Assembly (NCBI GenBank): GCA_045837725.1
Contig: JBEWZL010000056.1
Location: 310,001-374,000, forward strand
Reading direction: 5' to 3'
Length of the DNA: 64,000 bases
Origin: Vermamoeba vermiformis
Taxonomy: Eukaryota
The position numbers were made by a program, and so were the translations under genes. Below, one piece after another: positions 34,446-47,693 of this stretch. Position 1 is the first letter of the stretch, and the number at the start of each line of letters is the position of its first letter. The notes beneath the pieces are model-generated. The model made no database searches. It worked only from the letters and a program-made list of their open reading frames with translations, and had not been told where the DNA came from.

Positions 34446-37341
34446 ATGGACAAAAAGAGAAAATTGATCGATATCAACTATGACGATAGCAATGAAAGTC
34501 GTCGCAAAAAATCCAAGAAATATTCAGACGAAGAAGAAGTGTTGTCAGATGCAGAAGGTACGAAAATAATTCGTTAATAACAATAATTATAATAACACCG
34601 CTGCGTAACCGCTCAATATTCACCCCCTCGACCACTACTATTCGCGTCTATATCTGACCCTGGCATTAGAGGCAGCAGTGCGTGCAGGGTTTCCAGCGCA
34701 CTCGTTGACGTGGGGTGAACTCGAAGCCTACATGAATATGACTGCTGCGAGCACTGCTACGCGCGAGAGTGAACAGCTGGCAGATGTCTACTTGCAGATA
34801 CGCAATCATCTGCTCTGGCGCTGGAAGCTCGATCCCGCGCACTACTTGTCGTACGCCTCGCTGTACCGCGCAGAGTCCAAGCAGCACGTGCCCAGCTACA
34901 TCGAGCAGCACGCGGGCTGTGTGTTGCGCGTGTTCGAGTACTTGATGCGCAACGGCTTCATCAACGTCGGTGTGTTCAACGATGACTTGCGCGCGCAAGA
35001 GGATCCGATCGACTTGACTGCCACGCAAGCTGCTGACGGTACGTACGGCATTCATGAACGCAAATCACGTGATCGACTGACAGCAGTGACAGCACGACCC
35101 TTGCGCGTACTGGTGATTGGTGCCGGGGCAGCAGGACTCGCGGTGGCACGTCAACTTACCACATTAGGCAATGGCAAGGACTATCACGTGACAATCTTAG
35201 AAGCACGTGATCGACTCGGAGGTCGCGTGTGGACAGAGACGACAGCACTGCACGGTACACCGATCGATCTCGGGGCCTCGATCATCACGGGACTGATCGG
35301 CAATCCGCTCGACGATCTCCACGCGCAGATGCAGTGCGAGACACGTGTCATTGGCGAGACTGCACGACTGCTGTCACGTGACGGCAGTGTGAGCGGTGCC
35401 GAGCTGGAGGAGCAGGACAGCAAGATGGACAAGCTGTTCAACGAGCTGTTGGAACAAGTCAGCCGACACAAGCACAAGCACGCAGCGGACAAGAGTCTCG
35501 GCGATGAGCTCAACAGACTGCGGCCCTCCCTCACACCCCTCGCGCGCGCAGTGCTCGACTGGTACTACGCCAATCTCGAGTACGCGTGTGCCACCGATCT
35601 GAGTGCGCTGGGTGTGCGCGAGTGGGACCAAGACGATCCGTACGAGTTCGAGGGCGAGCACTTGATGTGCTGCTGGGGATATGCCACCTTGATTGCTAAA
35701 TTAGGCAATCGCTTGGACATCGTCTACAACACTGCTGTCACGCGCGTGGAGTACTCGGAGGACGGTGTCACTTGTCACGTGACACGCGATGGACAGCACG
35801 CGGAACAATTGCAGTGCGACATTTGCGTGGTGACAGTGCCGCTCGGTGTGCTCAAAAAGAATTGCATTCAATTCGTGCCACCACTCCCTGATTGGAAGTC
35901 TGAGGCCATTGCCAAATTAGGCTTTGGCTTGCTGAACAAGGTCGGAATATTGTTTGAAGAAATCTTCTGGGAGCGAGATCTCGATTGGTTTGGCGTGGTG
36001 AACAGCAATCTGCCCTCGGAGCGGCGCGGAGAATATTACCTATTTTGGAACATGTACAAGTTCACTGGCAAGCCCATGCTGATGGCACTCGTCGCTGGTC
36101 ACGCGAGTCAGTTGCACGAGTCACGTGACGATGCTGTCATCTTGCGCGATGTGCTCGAGTTGTTGACGCGAAATTTCGGCAAAGACAATCCAGCACTGAT
36201 ACGAGTGATCAAATCTCCGCTGAGTCACGTGATCACGCACTGGGGCACCGATCGCTGGGCCTATGGCTCGTACAGCTACATTGCCGTGGGTGCCACTGGC
36301 AACGACTACGATGCGCTGGCACGCCCAGTGTGGCTCGGCGGAGTGCCGCGGCTATTTTGGGCAGGCGAGGCCACCAATCGGCTGCACCCTGCCACCGTCG
36401 CGGGGGCTTATCAATCAGGGCTGCGCGAAGCGGAACAAATTCACCGTCACTTCCATCCCCCTCGATATTATTCCGCTGCACCACTGCGGAATATCCCGAC
36501 CGATGTGGAGCCCAATCATCACATGGAGAGCTGCGACGAATTCTTTGCACAAATTAGTGGCCACGAACCGCGACACGAGCACGTGGCTGAGCGGTCTAAG
36601 CGTCGTGGCATTGTGAAATTTCGTCACCGACCACGTGACACGCAGTTCAAGTACGAGATGCAGTTCCAAGTCAAGACTGAAACTAGTGCAAACACTGCGC
36701 ACGTGACCGAAGATCGGTATCGTAATTACGGATCTATTTTTAGCTTCTCGCCCAAAAAGCCACGTGACGCGCGACCAATCACCTCACCGCGCAGTGACAC
36801 GCGACCAGACAGGCCGCGCTACGACGACAGACCCAAATATAGTAACAATCGCTCGCCGCTGAATCGATCACGTGACTCCGACTCGGACAGATCGCGCTCT
36901 AATTATAGCAACAATCGCTCGCACAGATCGGAGTCGTCAACCAATCGCGGGACATCCGATCGGCGTTCAGTGAACGAGACAGCTGTCAACTCCACTGACA
37001 CTTTGCCTCGGCGCAGCGACGACCTCAATCGAGCTGTCAAACAGAATTCTTTGCCGCACGTGTCAACACCTGTCAAAAATGGCAATGGTCGTGCGCACGA
37101 GGACGACACGCAGCGGAAAAAATACCGCGATGAAGTTGCAGCCGTGGTGACGTCACTGCTGTCGCCGTATTACAAGCGACAGATTGCCACCAAGGAAGAA
37201 TTCAAAGAGCAGGCGCGGAAATTCACGCACAACATTGTGGATAGTGATCTCCAGAGCGGAGATGAACTCGTGCTCACGGAACAGAAACGCGCAAAGATTA
37301 AAGAGATGTTGCAACAATTTTTCGAGAATACACGGCAGTAA
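34446..37341 (+). CDS. Lysine-specific histone demethylase LSD1/KDM1-like (SWIRM + FAD amine oxidase + C-terminal SRI-like domain)
   Basis: SWIRM motif YLQIRNHLLWRW...FEYLMRNGFINVG, VIGAGAAG, LEARDRLGGRV, DLGASIITGLIGNP, LEYACAT, GLLNKV (catalytic Lys) and AGEATNRLHPATVAGAY.SGLREA. Confidence 0.92.
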
Positions 37342-37398
37342 CACTTGCCTAATTTGTAATTAATTCCTGTAATATACAACCTATAAATAGCTGCGCTT

Positions 37399-39776
37399 TT
37401 ATTTAGCTTTGAAGATGGCGTCACTGACACGTGTCACATCGCGCATGGCAGGCAGATCATGCACGCGCACTGCAAGAGGTTATTACCAAATTAGGACAAG
37501 ACCTTATTTAGCCACACTTACCAAAGTGCGCTCCCCCCACGATGGCAGCAGTGACCGCAGCAGCAGTGCCCCAGACGCGCGCTTGTGGCTCCGAGTGCCC
37601 AGTGCTGCACAGGTCAGTCACGTGATCAGTCATTGCACTTGTTTAATTTAAAATTAGGACTTACACGTGACCAATGAATCCTTTGCGGGAAGGGCCAACG
37701 TACAGCGGATAGCCTCCGATCAGTTGGTGCCACCGCGACAAATGCCTTAATATGGACAGACTCTGAGCCGGAGTTTTGGCAAATCCTGCAAAGATTGGTC
37801 AGGTGACTCGCCAAATAAGGCAATGCCGTACCGAGTCCCGGGTCCGTGATGATCATCCAGGGCTTGACTCCCACTCGCAGTGCGCGCTCTACGACCACGT
37901 GCAGTTCATGTGCCACTAGTGAAGTGTGAGCTGCCTAAATATAGAATACGATGCTCTATTTATAGCATACCTGCTTCAATCACGTGCTCGTCGGACACAC
38001 CGTACTCAGTCTCGCGCGCCATGGTCTGCGGAGTACCGCGCGAGTGTTGCAGCACGAGCGGAACATTGTAGTCACGTGCCAGCAGCAGCATGGCCTCGGA
38101 GGGGTGGCCGCTGACGTCATTCAACACGCTGCAGCCACTCTCCAGTGCGGCACGGGCCACGTCACTCTGCTCGATCGGTCAGTCTTTGCACTAAATTGCC
38201 GCAATGTTACGCGGTACCTTCACAGTGTCCACAATCAGCGGAACATTATCGAAACTGTCGTCGCTGCGGAGTGCTGCAATGACATGAGTGACACGTGCCA
38301 CTTCGAGCTCTGCTGGCACTGGAGTGGCTCCAGGACGCGTAGATTCTCCGCCGACCTCGATGATATCTGCTCCTCCAATCACGTGATTGCGCGCCAGAGC
38401 GACGGCAGCTGCTGTCACATCTGTCATGTCGTTACTATTTTTGGCAAGTCCATCCCCCGAAAAGCTGTCTTTGGTGACATTGAGTACACCCACAAGTTTG
38501 GTGGCACTGAATTGTTCCGCACTGGTGGAATAATCTTTCACGCACCACATCTCTTGACGCGTATTGCCTAATTTAGTCCTCCACGTGACAGGTGTCACTT
38601 GTTTGAGTTTGACGGGCTCACTGCTGCTATATTTAGCCCACAATTCAGCGAGAGTGCACTGTTGGAGGAGTCAGCAACAGGAGCTAAAATTAGCACAAAA
38701 TTAATTGGTGCCACCGCTTACCAATTTGACGGGGTCTCGGTAGTCAGGCGCGATGCTAAAAATAGCGTCAGTAGTGCATGCATCGAGGTCACTGCGTACT
38801 CTACCAGGGGCCGCAGCACGAAATCTCGCTCGTAGATGCTGGGGTGCGGAACAACTAGTACGGATTTGGAAATGATCTGCGCGTCGTAGTACAGCAGGTC
38901 AATGTCAATCACGCGCGGTCCATTGCGCGCATCGAGGGACATGGGTGCACGGCCCAGCTGCGCTTCGATCGATTTGAGCTGCTTCAACAGTGCCAGCGCA
39001 CTCAGCTCTGTGTCTATAATTAGACACAAGTTCAAAAAGTCGGGCTGATCCACCACATATTTGGCTGGTGACTCGTACAAGTAGCTGAGTCTAATTATAG
39101 TGCCGAGTTGTGCCAGCAGTGCCAGCGCGCTATTTATAGTCGCAATGCGGTCGTTAATGTTCGAGCCCATGCCTAATATGGCGCGATGTGTCTTGTGGGA
39201 CGTGTCTCCCAGGGACTGCTGATGCTCGGCGTGAACTGGTGAAGGGTTTCCTAATTTAGCAATGTCACTAGTTTCCAGCACATACGGCGCTGCTCCGAAT
39301 TTGTAAGGCGGAAAAATGTCTTTTGAACGAGTCACGTGGACCTCGGCCCTGGCGAGTCCGCTAGACTGCGTGAGAGTGAGAGAGACACGTGGCACATTGC
39401 CTGTTTTGGCCAGCAGCGTGACAGCAATCTCGTCCGCGAGATATTCGAGTGAGCTGGCCCGCGCCGTGAGTGTCACGTGCTCAATGGTGCGTGTCAACCA
39501 GCTGTCACGTGGTTAGTAGTGGCCTTCAGTAATATTGCACCGAATTGTTGCAAAGATAACGCTAAATTGAGTCGCTTACGCGTGATCGAGTGTCGCGTGA
39601 CCACTACTCTGCACGGGAGCTCCAATATGCACACTCAACGCCGCTGATATAGCGACACTAACGGTGTGTTCGTTAATCACTGCGCGCACGACGACATCAC
39701 GCAGCACGAGCTGATCGGAAAACAGCCGCGTACTGGACTCGTTCTGCGCAGTCAATGAGGTGTGTTGGTCTGCCAT
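37399..39776 (-). CDS. FOL1: Folate synthesis fusion: DHNA-like + HPPK + dihydropteroate synthase (FOL1/sulD-like)
   Basis: HPPK motifs LGMGSN, QPDFLN, LKSIEAQLGR, PRVIDIDLL, PHP..ERDFVLRPL. DHPS motifs GVLNVTKDSFSGDG, GGESTRPGA, DPGLG|F, GPSRKGF. N-terminal FolB-like segment. Confidence 0.92.
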
Positions 39777-40127
39777 ATGATTGGTGTTAATATAGGGCTG
39801 TTGTGGCTCTCAGTTGTTTGTGGTTGCAAATTATGACTGCAAGACAGACAAGAGTTTTCTGCCGTGTTTCGGAAGCGGATCTGACACTGCCCGCACTGTT
39901 CCACTTGCGAACCGAACTGGAATGGATGTATATGATCGCGATCGAATGGTGGTGTGTCCTAGAAATGTACGACAAACAATGAGAAATTTTCTGTGCGCAA
40001 TACTAAACCTCGATCTGATCTGTGCACCACACACCAGCGACATTAATTATTATTATACGCGATTGGGCATATACCGATATAATTATTAAATTCCCTCATC
40101 ATCTTATTGGCCACGAACAGAGTCACC

Positions 40128-41329
40128 ATGAGTCAGCACATCCAAACAACACCGAGTCCCACAGGACCAGTAGTCATTAATCCCCCGCCCAGCCAAGAGA
40201 CCGATGAATATGAACACGCTAAATTCGGCGTATTACATCGCGAGATATTCTGCCGTGCAGATCTGGACGAGTTCAAACAAACAGCGACCTACGCGCAGTG
40301 GCTGCAATTCATCACCGAGTTGACGGAGAGTGTCAAGGGCCTGCCCTGCTCGACAGAGTGTCACATCTCTGCGGTACGTAGCGACTGTCATTGCACTGAC
40401 AACGAGGACTAACAGTGGTGTGTCGCATCCAGCCCGTGCAGCACGTGATCGACATGTTGCACACCCTGCAGCAGTGGATCCAAGAGATTCCTCCGCTCGA
40501 GAACCTCAAGTCCCGATTTGGCAATCCTGCATTCCGCATCTGGTACGAGCGCGTTGTGTCACGTGCGCCCGAGATGTGGCAGTGGCTGAGTGGCAGCGTG
40601 GCAGCGGAACAACAGCGGGAAATCATGGGCTACTGGTGCCACTGCTTCGGGAGTGCCGTGCGACTGGACTACGGCACGGGGCACGAGTCACACTTCATGG
40701 CCGTGCTGTACTGTCTGACACGCGTGCACGTGATTGGTCAGGACGACTACCGCGCCCTGGTGCTGCGCGTGACGAGTGCGTACTTGGCCCTGATGCGGCA
40801 GTTGCAGACGGTGTACTGGCTCGAGCCTGCAGGATCGCACGGCGTGTGGGGATTGGACGACTATCACGTGCTGCCGTTCCTGTTCGGCGCGAGTCAGCTG
40901 ACCGAGCACAAGTACATTCGACCCAAGAGCATTCACAGCGCCGAGGTCGTGGAGGGCTATGCCGCAGAGTGGCTCTACTTGCAGTGCATTCAGTTCATCA
41001 ACAGCGTCAAGACTGCCTCGCTGGCCTGGCACAGTCCGATGCTGAACGACATCAGCGGCGTGAAGAGCTGGGCCAAGATCGCACAGGGACTGTTGAAGAT
41101 GTACACGCACGATGTGTTGGACAAGCTGCCCATCATGCAGCACTTCTTGTTCGGCACGCTGATTCCATTCACGGCCTCGCATCACCACGAGCACGTGACT
41201 GGCGCGGAACAACACGATCACGTGCACGAAGAGACGGAATTTCCGAGCTGCTGCATCTCCAAACTGCCCTCCGCTGCTGCTGTCAAAGCTGTCAACAATA
41301 ACCGCAATTCTTTCGTGCCCTTCGATTAG
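40128..41329 (+). CDS. PTPA: Serine/threonine phosphatase 2A activator (PTPA/Rrd family)
   Basis: SRFGNPAFR, FGSAVRLDYGTGHE, YWLEPAGSHGVWGLDDYH.LPF and KLPIMQHFLFG motifs. Confidence 0.95.
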
Positions 41330-41382
41330 CACCCACTTGCCTAATTTGGAACTACTTGCATGTAAATAGTCGTTGTAAATCT

Positions 41383-44300
41383 TTATTTGAGGTACCCGTG
41401 TCGCTTCATATATTGCAAATATTTGTCAATGAGATCACGTGACATGCTCGGACACGCCACTGCCAAATTAGTACATTCCACAGGGTCGTCGGATGGCACT
41501 CCGTCACTGAAGTAGGCCATTAATGGTGCGAGGGCGTTGTTCTTGGCATTCGCTTCGAGTTCTTTGCGCCATTCAGTGAACCGCACGATATTGTGCGGTC
41601 TGTTGCCAAATATGGTGCTTTGCGTGATGTAAGTGATGAAGTCTTGCCAGGACATGGCGGAATTATTCACTAGATTTACAACGTGCAGTCTGGTGCCCTG
41701 GTGAATGTCCTTCAAACTTTGCAGAACGATATTCTTTGCTACAATGTCGACCGGAATCCAATTCAGGGCACTGGACAAATTAGGAAATGACCCTAACTGC
41801 ACGAGACCAGCCATCAGCTTGTTGATGTATGCTTCCATATTTAGTGCGCCATGCACTGTGTCGCCTGAAATAGAGCCAGGTCGGTAAATCGTTGCTGCCA
41901 AATTAGGCAATTGTTCGACAGCAGTGCGCACGAATTCTTCCGCGACAAATTTGCTGAGCGGATAACCCCCGTCTCTGGACCACAGCTGCGACTGATCGGC
42001 CAGGGTCGAGGCTGTCGAGATGTAGTGGAGATTCTTGCCACGTGACAGCGCGGAATATTTCAACACGTCAATGACAGCATGCACGTTGACAGCACGCAGA
42101 CTCTTGTAGGGCCACAGACCTAAATGCAGCTGTCAGTCACTGATTGACACGTGTCAAAGTGAAGTTTGTACCATTCACCCACGCTGCATTGTGAATCACG
42201 TGGTCGGTTTGCGCGGCTAGTTCAGTGAACCGCTCCTGAGTGAGTCCAAAATAGGCAAGATTTAAATCTCCTTCTAGCCACGTGATTCGCGCTGAGGTTT
42301 CAATCTCCTGCACGAGATTGCTGTCAATTTCGTACTTGCGCAGTGTGGCGCTGATTGAGTGTTGTGGAGGGGCTGATTTTTTCCTAATTAGGCAAACGAT
42401 CTGTCCATTCGAGGGCAAACAGCGATATAATTCCGCTAACAAGAACGAGCCCAAGAAGCCAGTGACACCTGTCAACGTGTCAACTTCGAGTACTTGATGC
42501 CACATTTAGCATGCACGGACCTGTCACTAGAACTGTCTTTGTGTCACTCGTTGCGACGGGCACGTGACACGCAGGGCGATCTTTGAGCCAAGCGATTGCC
42601 TTATTTAGTAATTCCGTGTCCTCGCGCACCAATTGCGTCAGTTCCGCGCTGGTGTTGATCACGTGACTGGCACTGCCGCGCCGTTGACGCAGCGCTGCAA
42701 TGATTTCAGTCAGTCGCGCGACACACTCGTCCGTGGTCTAAATTAGGCAATTAGTGATGACAACTATTTTTAGCGACACACGCACGTGATTGACGAGCAG
42801 ATCGATGAGACACTTGTGATCGAGTGGCACTGCGAACAGTTGACTGAGGCGATTGATGAGTTCTATGGTGGCAATGCTGTCCACCAGCACGGCACTCACT
42901 GGCACTGTGCCGGGTACTTGCGAGCCCACTTGCGACTCGATCACTTGCCTAATTTGGACTGGCAATTCGTCTGAAGTGATCACGTGCTCGCTTGGCTGTT
43001 CAGTGAACAGTGCCGAGAGTTCAGTTCTAAATTTAGCTACAATGGCGCGGCGATTGATTTTGTCGGTGGCTGTCAACAGGCCATTCACTGAACTCCACTT
43101 GACAGGTGTCAAAATCACGTGTTTGATGCGCTCGAAAGTGCGTAGCTGCATAGCATTAGAAATGTCCAAATTTGGCAAACTTTACCTTATTTAGAGTCGC
43201 CAAGTATCTGAAATCGTTCAAAATCAGTTCTTTCACGTCGCTTCTTCCGCAATAACTTTCTAAATTAGGCAAGTCGGTGCCACCAACGTCCACGCCGAAA
43301 TGTTCGTTGAGTGCGGTCAGATTAGGCACTACAATTGCGACCAAAAAAGGAAATGCAGATTCGCCGTGAATGCACACGTGATCGACAAAAGTGCTCTTAA
43401 AATAGATCAGTTCCATCTCGTTCAGTGAAACAAATTCTCCCTGCGACAGTTTGACGATGTTTTTCTTGCGATCGATGATGCGCACCATTTTAGGACCTTC
43501 GAGCTGACCGATATCTCCCGTGTGGAACCAGCCGTTCACGAACGAGTTGGTGCTGTCACCGGAGTTCAGTGAATGAGTGGCAGTGACACGTGTCAAATCA
43601 AGACTTACGTCGTGTGCTCATCTTTGTAATATCCCAAGCTCTGGCGTGAACAGTCAGTTGATGCCTAAAAAGGAAATCCAATACTTGCCATCGTATTTGT
43701 GCGCACGACAATTTCTCCGCGCGGATAAGGTCGATCAGTGGAGAAATATCCGAGTTCGGGGACATCAATGAGCTTGCATTCTGTGAAATACATCGGTAAG
43801 TTCCATATTTGGGCATGTCACGTGACTTACCAACATTGTCCTTAATGTACTCGTTGACAGCAATGCCACCGACCTCTGTGATGCCATAGCTGTTGAACAC
43901 TGTCGCGCCACACCTGTCACGTGATCAGATCAGCACACTTGCCTTATTTAGTAATTCTTGCCTCTGAAATTTGCGCATCCAAGACAGCACTTTGTCGCTG
44001 GTCGGTGCACCACCTATCGCGCGAGAATTAATCGCAATGACATGTGACAGGTGTCAAACACGCACCCGTGACGAGACCCACAGCGCGTCCCCCAAAGTAC
44101 TGCGCGTAAAAGAGTTCAATCAGCGAGTCGTGCAGCTCATTGTCGCGCTGATTCTCGAGCACATATGTCGTGTCGCCCGTGCGCAGAGTGGTGTGACTGT
44201 CACGTGACTGCACTGCACCCTCGCTCTGCAGCACACTCAGCGCGCGCTCGTACTCGTGGTAGACAAAGTTCCACAGCCGCGGAGATCCGACAATGACAGT

Positions 44301-46304
44301 TGGTTTCAGTGAACGCAGACACGCGAACAGCTCCATGCTGAACTCTTGCTCGAACACGCCTGACCGACCTCCCGCCCTGCCTTATATGGTCAATCCGTGC
44401 TGACAAGATGACACGTGTCACTCACAGCATCACGTTGTAGGTGTTGGTGCGTTGCGCGTGACTGAGTGGTTCCCAGCACAGCTCAACCAGGGTCTCAAAC
44501 AGCGGAGTGCTGTAGGCACACTCGCGCATCATGGTGCCCTGGTCCAACATGGCGCCCTTGGGTCTGCCAGTGCTGCCACTCGTGTAGCCAATGGAGCACA
44601 GATCACTCGCCGCGCTGGTGTCGAGTAGCACCGTGTCAATGTGCGCACCCTGGTAGAGTGGACTACTGTTAGGGATTGGTGTTTGACACCTGTCAACTCA
44701 CTCACCATGTTCATCACGTCTTGCAAGTCGTACAATGACACGTTAGGGGCTATTTTTAGCTCTGAACGATCTTCTTCAGCGAGTTCTTCCAAACAAATCA
44801 CGTGCTTCAGTTTGGGACACGTGACAGCAGCTGTCATGAACTGACACCTGTCAATACCCGCATGTGTTTCACGAATGGCCGTCACTTACTCTGGGAATCA
44901 ACTCCGCGCTGCAGAACACTGCTGTCACCTCCGCGTGCTGTGCGATGAATTGCAGATCTTCGTCGCTGATCACGTGGTGCATTGGCACTGCGATGTAGTT
45001 CGATACTATTATGGACATGTCTGCGAGCAACCACTCTATTTTTGGCTTGCTACACACGGCCACGTGATCTCGCTGCGTGCAAATGAGCGAATGACACGTG
45101 TCAAACGGAGATACGTACCTTGTTCAGAATGACACTCAGACCTGCTGCTATTTTTAGCACTTCTTGCGCCAAGTCCTCAGCGGTGAGCCACGCCCAGTCA
45201 CCGCGCCATCTTCCAAGACATGGTCGACTGCCAAATAAGGTTAAAGCAGCCAAGATTGACTGACACATGGTGGGATATCTCACGCGCCAGGCCACATCGA
45301 CCTGCAAATGAACTGCAAAGCTATGAGCGACACGTCTAATAATACGAGAGTGACCAAGAACTGCCGTTCATGAACGTACGTTGTTCGCGGTAAGTGGTAT
45401 GGTGGTGCTTTTTGCCAAATTTGGCTTGACACGTGTCACAGACATGATACGTCTTGTCACAGTCGCGCTCGAAACATCTGTTCACGTGCTCGCCTGGCTC
45501 AATGCGCTCTGAACAGCTGTCGCGCGGTTAGTGCCAATTACCAAATATAGTAATCTTACCTCGTGCAAAAGTCACTGCGGCAGTAGTCTTTCAGTGAATT
45601 CAGATCTGACCACTCTTTGCGGACCATCACGTGCTTTTCACTGACAGTGGTGTCTTCAAAGCTAAATTTAGCTTGGCGTTCACTGAAGCGGGCAGCAAGT
45701 GCCAGCAGCGCAGTTGATTTGAAGAGCAATTCCACGCCTAAACTCTGTAAGTACGTCGTCCATATTAACTCTGCCCATCTCTCCACGTACCCTCGCCAGT
45801 GCGCGCACTGCACTTGATGACACGTGCCCGCTGTTGCAAGGCAGTCAGATCTGCTACCGGCACGAGTTCTCGATCCACACCGCACTGCACAAACACTACG
45901 CGCGCACCTTTGTTCAGTAGCGGCACTATCTCGTCATAGTACTGCCAGATGGTTAGTACCAGTGTATCAATAGGCCACATCCACCTTAGTAACAGCAGCA
46001 GTGTCGTCATCGGCCTTGAAACAAATTAAAAATATATCTGTCGCGGGAGATACAGCTTGGCGGTGTTGCAGAGCCTCACCACCTGATTAGAGGCAGTTAA
46101 TGGAAAGTAATAATAAAATTAATAAATGAGCAGCGTACCAGTGTCCCACAGGCCTATTATACACACGCGACTAATAGGCAGCGAATAGAGTTCAGCAGTA
46201 GTGTGCTGCTCTTCAGTCAGCCACTCGTTGTATACGTAACGGTGGATCAGGCTCGTCTTACCACACCGTGGTGTGCCAATCACGGTGTATTTAATGCTGT
46301 TCAT
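41383..46304 (-). CDS. Small GTPase-like + ZZ-type zinc finger + carboxylic-acid-reductase-like (adenylation-thiolation-reductase) multi-exon gene
   Basis: GTPase: [30 protein letters not shown] finger: CTSC...RC...C...VCDTC...HHH. A domain: [44 protein letters not shown] domain: VDSI. R domain: [24 protein letters not shown]. Confidence 0.8.
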
Positions 46305-46582
46305 TCGATTGTTATGATATTATTATATGCTCATAGAGTTGTATTTCTCTGCATAAAATCAAGACGTTGGCGGTTGTATTGTAATTATTCGCGCAGCATT
46401 AAGGTCGAGTAGTTGTTGCAGTGATGTCTCTTGCTCGATACAACAACGCAATCTCTGTGCGGAGGTCTGATCCGCAAAATTTACCTGTCAACGAACGTGT
46501 CAAAGAAAAAGCGCCGTTGGTCCCGAGAGGGAGTAAAGACTTTGACACAGCAGTGATATCCACAATAGAGTCTTGTCTATAC

Positions 46583-47530
46583 ATGTCGTATTTATTTTAT
46601 TTTGCCCTTGTAGCTGCATTGTTCAGCGTAAGTGATTCTAATTCCACAACTGAATCCAGCCCTGTCAATTTGCAACAAGTCAAGTTATGATTATCGATCC
46701 TCATTATTGACAAACATGCTAATTTTACACGAATATTCACCGTTACCAGCCTTGAAAATTAACTGCTATCTAAATCCGACTCTTCAGGCGTTGAATGCGC
46801 AGTCCTGTGACGTCAAATACGTGAACGGATTGGCCCCTGAGTGCATCTCTAAGAAGAGCACTGTGCCATATTGTCGGTTGGACGTCTACACGAGTGGCGC
46901 AACCCCCATCTGCGGCGAGTGTTTGACGGATTGTGACTGCGATCTGGGCCAGTACTGCTCCAGCGCACCAGAGACACTCGGCACCTGCGTGGCATTCAAA
47001 GCTGCTGGTCGCGACTGCTTGCCGTTCACTGAAGCGCAGCTCGAGAACTCAGATTTCGATGCCAGTCTCAAATGGTGAGCTATATTTAGCGCAGTGCAGC
47101 AACTAACTGACTGACAGTGCGGATCTGTTCACCGTGAGTGGTGCCAATGCGTCCTTAGTCATCGACCATCAAGGGGTGTGTCTCAGCGGTACGTGCCAGT
47201 ACTGCGCGGAGTTCGGTGCAGTGACCAAGACACGTGGTTTTGTCACGTGCTCCGAGGGCAGTGGCACCAACAGCCCGCGCGAGTGTGTGTGGCCTGGCCT
47301 GTTGATTGAACCCCTCGACAAGGCGTGGCAGCCTGCTGTCTATATCCGCGACCGTGTTGGTGAGTTGTGTTTCGCACTCTAATATATAATCTAATGATAT
47401 CAATATACCTCTATTATCACTATTGACGATGATTAATGCTTGGTGTGTAGCGGTGTGGACTGCGATCCTATTCCCCCTCATGGTGATAGCCATAACTGTA
47501 TTCGGTATTAGTGCTTTCAGAACCAAATAG
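46583..47530 (+). CDS. Small Cys-rich type I membrane / surface protein
   Basis: Signal peptide MSYLFYFALVAALFS, Cys-rich exons (CGECLTDCDCDLGQYC), and last exon AVWTAILFPLMVIAITVFGISAFRTK* (TM helix). Confidence 0.7.
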
Positions 47531-47693
47531 AGGACATATAAATAAAGCTCTATTCTCTCTTTTGTGTTCGATCGTTACTGCATCAAATTTAAATTTTTGC
47601 GCGCGAAACCTCGGGGCGACTGTTGTGAGCTGAGGATGTTAGTAATTTAGTCATAATATTGTCATTCGAATACACACAGCTCATTTCAATACC

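Noticed and set aside
28605-37341. TET-like gene near an LSD1-like demethylase as an 'epigenetic cluster'
   Set aside because: LSD1 lies outside the TIRs, has host-type composition, and is separated by another gene. Adjacency is most simply a chance insertion.
11266-39776. metK, KBL/TDH and FOL1 as a one-carbon super-cluster
   Set aside because: Spread over 28 kb with many unrelated genes between them. Only KBL-TDH are tightly linked.
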